From contig NW_005434451.1 in NCBI RefSeq assembly GCF_000315625.1, positions 1-64,000 on the forward strand: a stretch of 64,000 bases of DNA, read 5' to 3'. Position 1 is the stretch's first letter. Every line of letters begins with the position of its first letter. Position numbers and translations under genes: made by a program. The stretch is from Guillardia theta CCMP2712. Lineage: Eukaryota; Protista; Cryptophyta. Shown here piece by piece: positions 60,108 to 64,000 of this stretch. The notes under the pieces are model-generated. The model saw only the letters and a list, made by a program, of their open reading frames with translations, did no database searches and was not told where the DNA came from.

Positions 60108-60368
60108 TCGCAAGGTCTCTCGTGTAATGACTAACCTAAGGAATGTTCGTGTATTATCTGTTTGAATGAAAGTTTTGAATGCTGCATCGACAATCTACAA
60201 TGCATCTACAAATCATGAAGAATCCCTTCACAACACATGGACCTCAGTAAGACACAGAGAGCGAACGGAGTTCAGTGGTTCTGGAAGTTTATTTCAACTA
60301 TATTCAATCATCTACATCAGCAGCGTCTCAGCACAACCTTGCAGCACAGAAAAATCGCTCCCACCTGT

Positions 60369-61737
60369 TTACTTCTTCTTGAGGACGGAGAGGGTGCTGG
60401 CGAGAACCTTGGCAGCCTCGGCCTCAGGGCAGAACACCTTGACGGACTTGACGCGGACCAACATCTCATCGTCCTGGTCGCCAGTCTTGCCGCCCTTGTA
60501 CTCCTGCGGATACAGTAAGTGAGCTGAAAATGGAGAAAGGAGGAGAGAATGGACGAATAGGGGTCAACAGAGGTTGGCGGTTGGCGGGAGCGAGCGAAAG
60601 TGAGGTGCGGAGGGAAGGATGGAGAATACGACTAGGACAAGGAAAACATGACCGGGAGAGCAGAGATGAGGAGGAGAGGGAAAAGAGAAAGAGAGAATGA
60701 GGGGGAAGGAAAAAAGAGAAAGACAGTCAGGAGCATGCTAGGTTCCTGCCCTACCTTGGGGGCACGGTTGCATCCACGGTGATCGAAGATGGTGACCTCG
60801 GGGGCGTAGAAGTTGGCGCGCATGAGAACCTGTAGAACAGTGAGGAGGAGGAGGCGGGGCAGATGTCAAAGCGGTTTACCTGGCCCTTGCCAGCGATCTG
60901 AGTTCCGAGGGGGATGGCGTTGGCAGCGGCGGCTCCTCCGAAGACGGCGGCAGCAGCAGCTCCAGCGGTCATGGCCTCACGGCGTTCCATCTGCATGGAG
61001 ACACCGCCCGCGGGGGAGCGGAGGGCTGGCTGGAGGACCAGTCAGATACATGGAGGGACCGAACGAGTAACAGAGGGCATGACCCTGTTCTGATCATGTT
61101 GCCACACCAACCACGAACATCTGCTACGTCTAAACTGATTGGCATGCTCTACTTGCTCCAGATGTTTCATCGTCACCGATAACAACAAGAGGAAATCGCA
61201 TGACAATGAGACCCAAACTTGTCACTTCTTTCAAACGAGACGAACATGTAAGAAATACTGCTCATTGAGCTTGAACATGATACAACCCGCTCCTCTCTAA
61301 CGTAGCTGTTCCTTCCATTCTCATGTGAATGACTGGATCAGCTATAGTTTACTTCGAGGGCTGCATCATGTTGTTCTCGAACTTATCTCGCACCCGACAA
61401 TTCAAGTTGCCCTTGAAAGTCATATCAACTCATCTACCATGCTTTCTTTCTGATCGAAAAGCATAAATGCTCTGTCTCATCAGTTTTCATCAAATTCTCT
61501 CCAGTCCTCTGCTACAAAACACGATTCGCTCTGATTTCCCCAACTCTCCTTCGGATCCTGAACTTTTCTGTCTTCTCTACTCTCCACCTCCTCCTGGCCT
61601 CAAATCCTGTGATCACACCAGCTGTTGTCCATCCCTATCTCCTCCACGTCTCCACTTTCTTCCTCCTCTCATCCTACCGCGGGGGCGAAGGCGCTGGCGA
61701 CGGCGATGGTAGCTCCAACAACGGCGGTTCTGAGCAT
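60369..61737 (-). CDS. cpeA: Cryptophyte phycoerythrin alpha subunit, 4 exons (61737-61678, 61029-60880, 60829-60755, 60503-60369)
   Basis: MLRTAVVGATIAVASA|FAP signal and twin-Arg ERREAM...ANA. Core FYAPEVTIFDHRGCNRAPKEYKGGKTGDQDDEMLVRVKSVKV. Confidence 0.96.
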
Positions 61738-61785
61738 GGCGAGACTGAAACGATTCGCCCCCTCCCTACCCTAAAGAACACGAAA

Positions 61786-61796
61786 ACCTGTCAGGT
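61786..61796. promoter_or_regulatory. Palindrome ACCTGTCAGGT upstream of second cpeA
   Basis: Shared with 25332-25342. Confidence 0.45.
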
Positions 61797-63032
61797 CACC
61801 ACCCTACCCCCTCTTTCTCCCCCGTGTACCACTACCCTTACCTACAAAAATACCACCCCACCCATTGTACACATTTCAAATTGAATTCCACCCTCCTTCC
61901 AGGACTGGTCATCCGGAATTTGTTTGATTTTCAGGAGGGTGGGTGGTGGGGTAAAATGTTAGGGGTGGGTGACGATTAGAGCTGGCTGATAGGGTTCTTA
62001 AACATGGATATAGGGTAGGGTACCAATGATTGTTTCCCGGTGGGTAGGGTACATGAGTCATACCCACGAAGGGGTGGTGCTCCATATTTCTCTATGGACC
62101 CCTACCTCAACACTACCCCCCATCAACAATCCACCTACCATCGCACACCCCTTTCAAGACCTCAGATGACCCTACCCACCAACAACATCACCCCCACCCT
62201 TGCGATTAATAACCCCACCCCCTTACTTCATATATTTCAGACCGGTATAGTCCCAACTCGACCTTGGTGTCATTAAAATTTCTTCACCCCCCATTCCCTC
62301 CCCCAGTACCCACCCTTTGCTCATCCGATTCTCAGGACCCTCCCTCATGCAGAGATTTGAGGGGGTGGTATTCGGGACAGTAGTGACCTGGTCACTAGCC
62401 GGTCCCGGCGCCGGGCCCGGTCAATGGCAGTGCCTATCACCAAAGAGTCTGACACTAATTGAATCAGCGCTGAAACTTGCTGCCTCCATTTTCGCTCATT
62501 TCATGATGCTGAGGCGGGTCTTTGACCTGTGCCCGCCGAGCGATTCGCACTTTTTATCATGGCAGCGAGCAGGGCAGCGAGGATGCGGAGGGGGGAGAGG
62601 GGGGAGGAAGGGGAGTGATGCGTCCTCGGAGTCTTTCGTAGCTACTCACCCACTTCCTGTCACGCATGTGCTGTACCCTCCATCATCCCACCCCTCAAGG
62701 ATATCACCAACTCGCCCCGTCCTACAACCTTAGTTTCCTTTGCTTCCACCCCTCCCATAATTTACCTACTCTATGCTTTCATCCCGCCGTACTTCAATCC
62801 CTCGATGCAGTTACCTCTCTCAATGTTTCGCCCTCTGCTTGTTTCATGTGCAGTCGCAGTCTGTCACAGGAAATGATTCCTAGGAGATTGTTGGAGGGTA
62901 GGGGAGTGCAAGACAACGAGACAGAATGAGGCTGAGAGGACGAAGAGGGAGGGAGGGAGGCAGAGAGGAGGAGGTAGAGACAGAGGAAGTTTCGGCTCTG
63001 ATCGTTGAGCTTGCCAGGGTCGAGACGAGAAC

Positions 63033-63805
63033 ATGTCGGAGAGGCCTTCCGCCCCGTTCTTGGACAAGGGAGGAACCATTGTAGCGGCAAGGTAACGGAG
63101 CCTCCCTTCTCCAGTGCCGTCTCTTGCTTCTTTCCTTGAGCCCCTGCCCTTGCAGGGTCAGCGACATAGCAGGAGGAGGGCTGCAGCCGTACCCGCCGGG
63201 AGGAGAGGTGAGGGAGAAATGGGCCCTGTGCTCTATCGCTGATATGATGCAGTACCTTGCCAAGGCTGATGAGACGCCGACCAAGATAGCAAAGATGTTT
63301 GGAGTCGATCCCTTCCGACTGGTAGCTCTACTCGCTATGTTACCTCGTGATAGCTCTACTCGCTATGTCACCTCGTGATAGCTCTACTCGCTATGTCACC
63401 TTCTGTTGTGTTACCTCGTGCTAGCCTGATGGTCTTGAGAACAGGTGAAGTTGAACCAAGGAAGGTACCCGGATTTGATCTCGACGTCCAAGTTGAGGTC
63501 AAACACTCTCATTACCCTCCCGCAGAAGGACTGGAGGTAGCAGAGAGCATGCGTTGTTGTGCTCGTCGGGGAGTGACGAAGAGTGCGGGGAAGGTGGATG
63601 CTCACGAGGGTCCTGAGCAAGAGCAAGAACGAGAAGAAGAAGAAGGTGGGATATATGACTTGTTGGATGTTGAGGAGGAGGCGAGGAGGGTTGATGGGAC
63701 TTTCCTGTTTCCTCCAGGTGTACACCGTGCAGGACATTGAGCCTGATGCTCATGCGCCGGATCATTTCACCATCTTCGAGAGTGTGGAGAGCAAACGAAT
63801 ACAGG
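63033..63805 (+). CDS. LysM-like domain protein, 5' part (continues past the window)
   Basis: Spliced YLAKADETPTKIAKMFGVDPFRL|VKLNQGRYPDLISTSKLRSNTLITLP fits the LysM pattern. The intervening intron holds a 28-bp repeat x3 (63323-63403). Confidence 0.65.
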
Positions 63806-64000
63806 TTTGCAAGCTGATGGCTGCCTCTTTATTCTTCTTTCTGTCGTGTCTTCCTCCTCCTCCTCCTCCTCCTCCTCCTCACTCATCCTCCTCCTCCTCC
63901 TCCTCACTCATCCTCCTCCTCCTCCTCCTCCTCCTCCTCCTCCTCCTCCTCCTCCTCCTCCTCCTCCTCCTCCGTCCTCCTCACTCATCCTCCTCCTCCT

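Overview
Intron-rich eukaryotic nuclear DNA from a cryptophyte alga, very probably Guillardia theta. This is inferred from two phycoerythrin alpha-subunit (cpeA) genes with tripartite targeting presequences, many ~50-nt introns and CT-microsatellite-filled introns. The first ~4.3 kb looks subtelomeric. It holds a head-to-tail array of three diverged copies of a single-ORF element (717-aa ORF with RRM-like motifs, no RT seen). The two copies that keep a 5' end each carry their own tandem-monomer array, and the array is interleaved with TTTAGGG-type telomere repeats. This is the best candidate for an undescribed system. The remainder holds about 17 host genes: a plastid DUF4864-like protein, MDM35/TRIAP1, FKBP-TPR, a CENP-B-type HTH protein without DDE, a Nup107-like gene, a double-calmodulin/ankyrin fusion, a tandem tetraspanin-like protein, two cpeA, SLC35B1, two coiled-coil proteins, AlkD, a duplicated plastid-presequence gene pair, MGDG synthase and a LysM-like protein. 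A decayed Ty1/Copia element sits inside a 10-bp satellite and carries a Tudor-like barrel after its integrase. Gene models were spliced by eye, family calls come from motif recognition with no database search, and several N gaps hide junctions.
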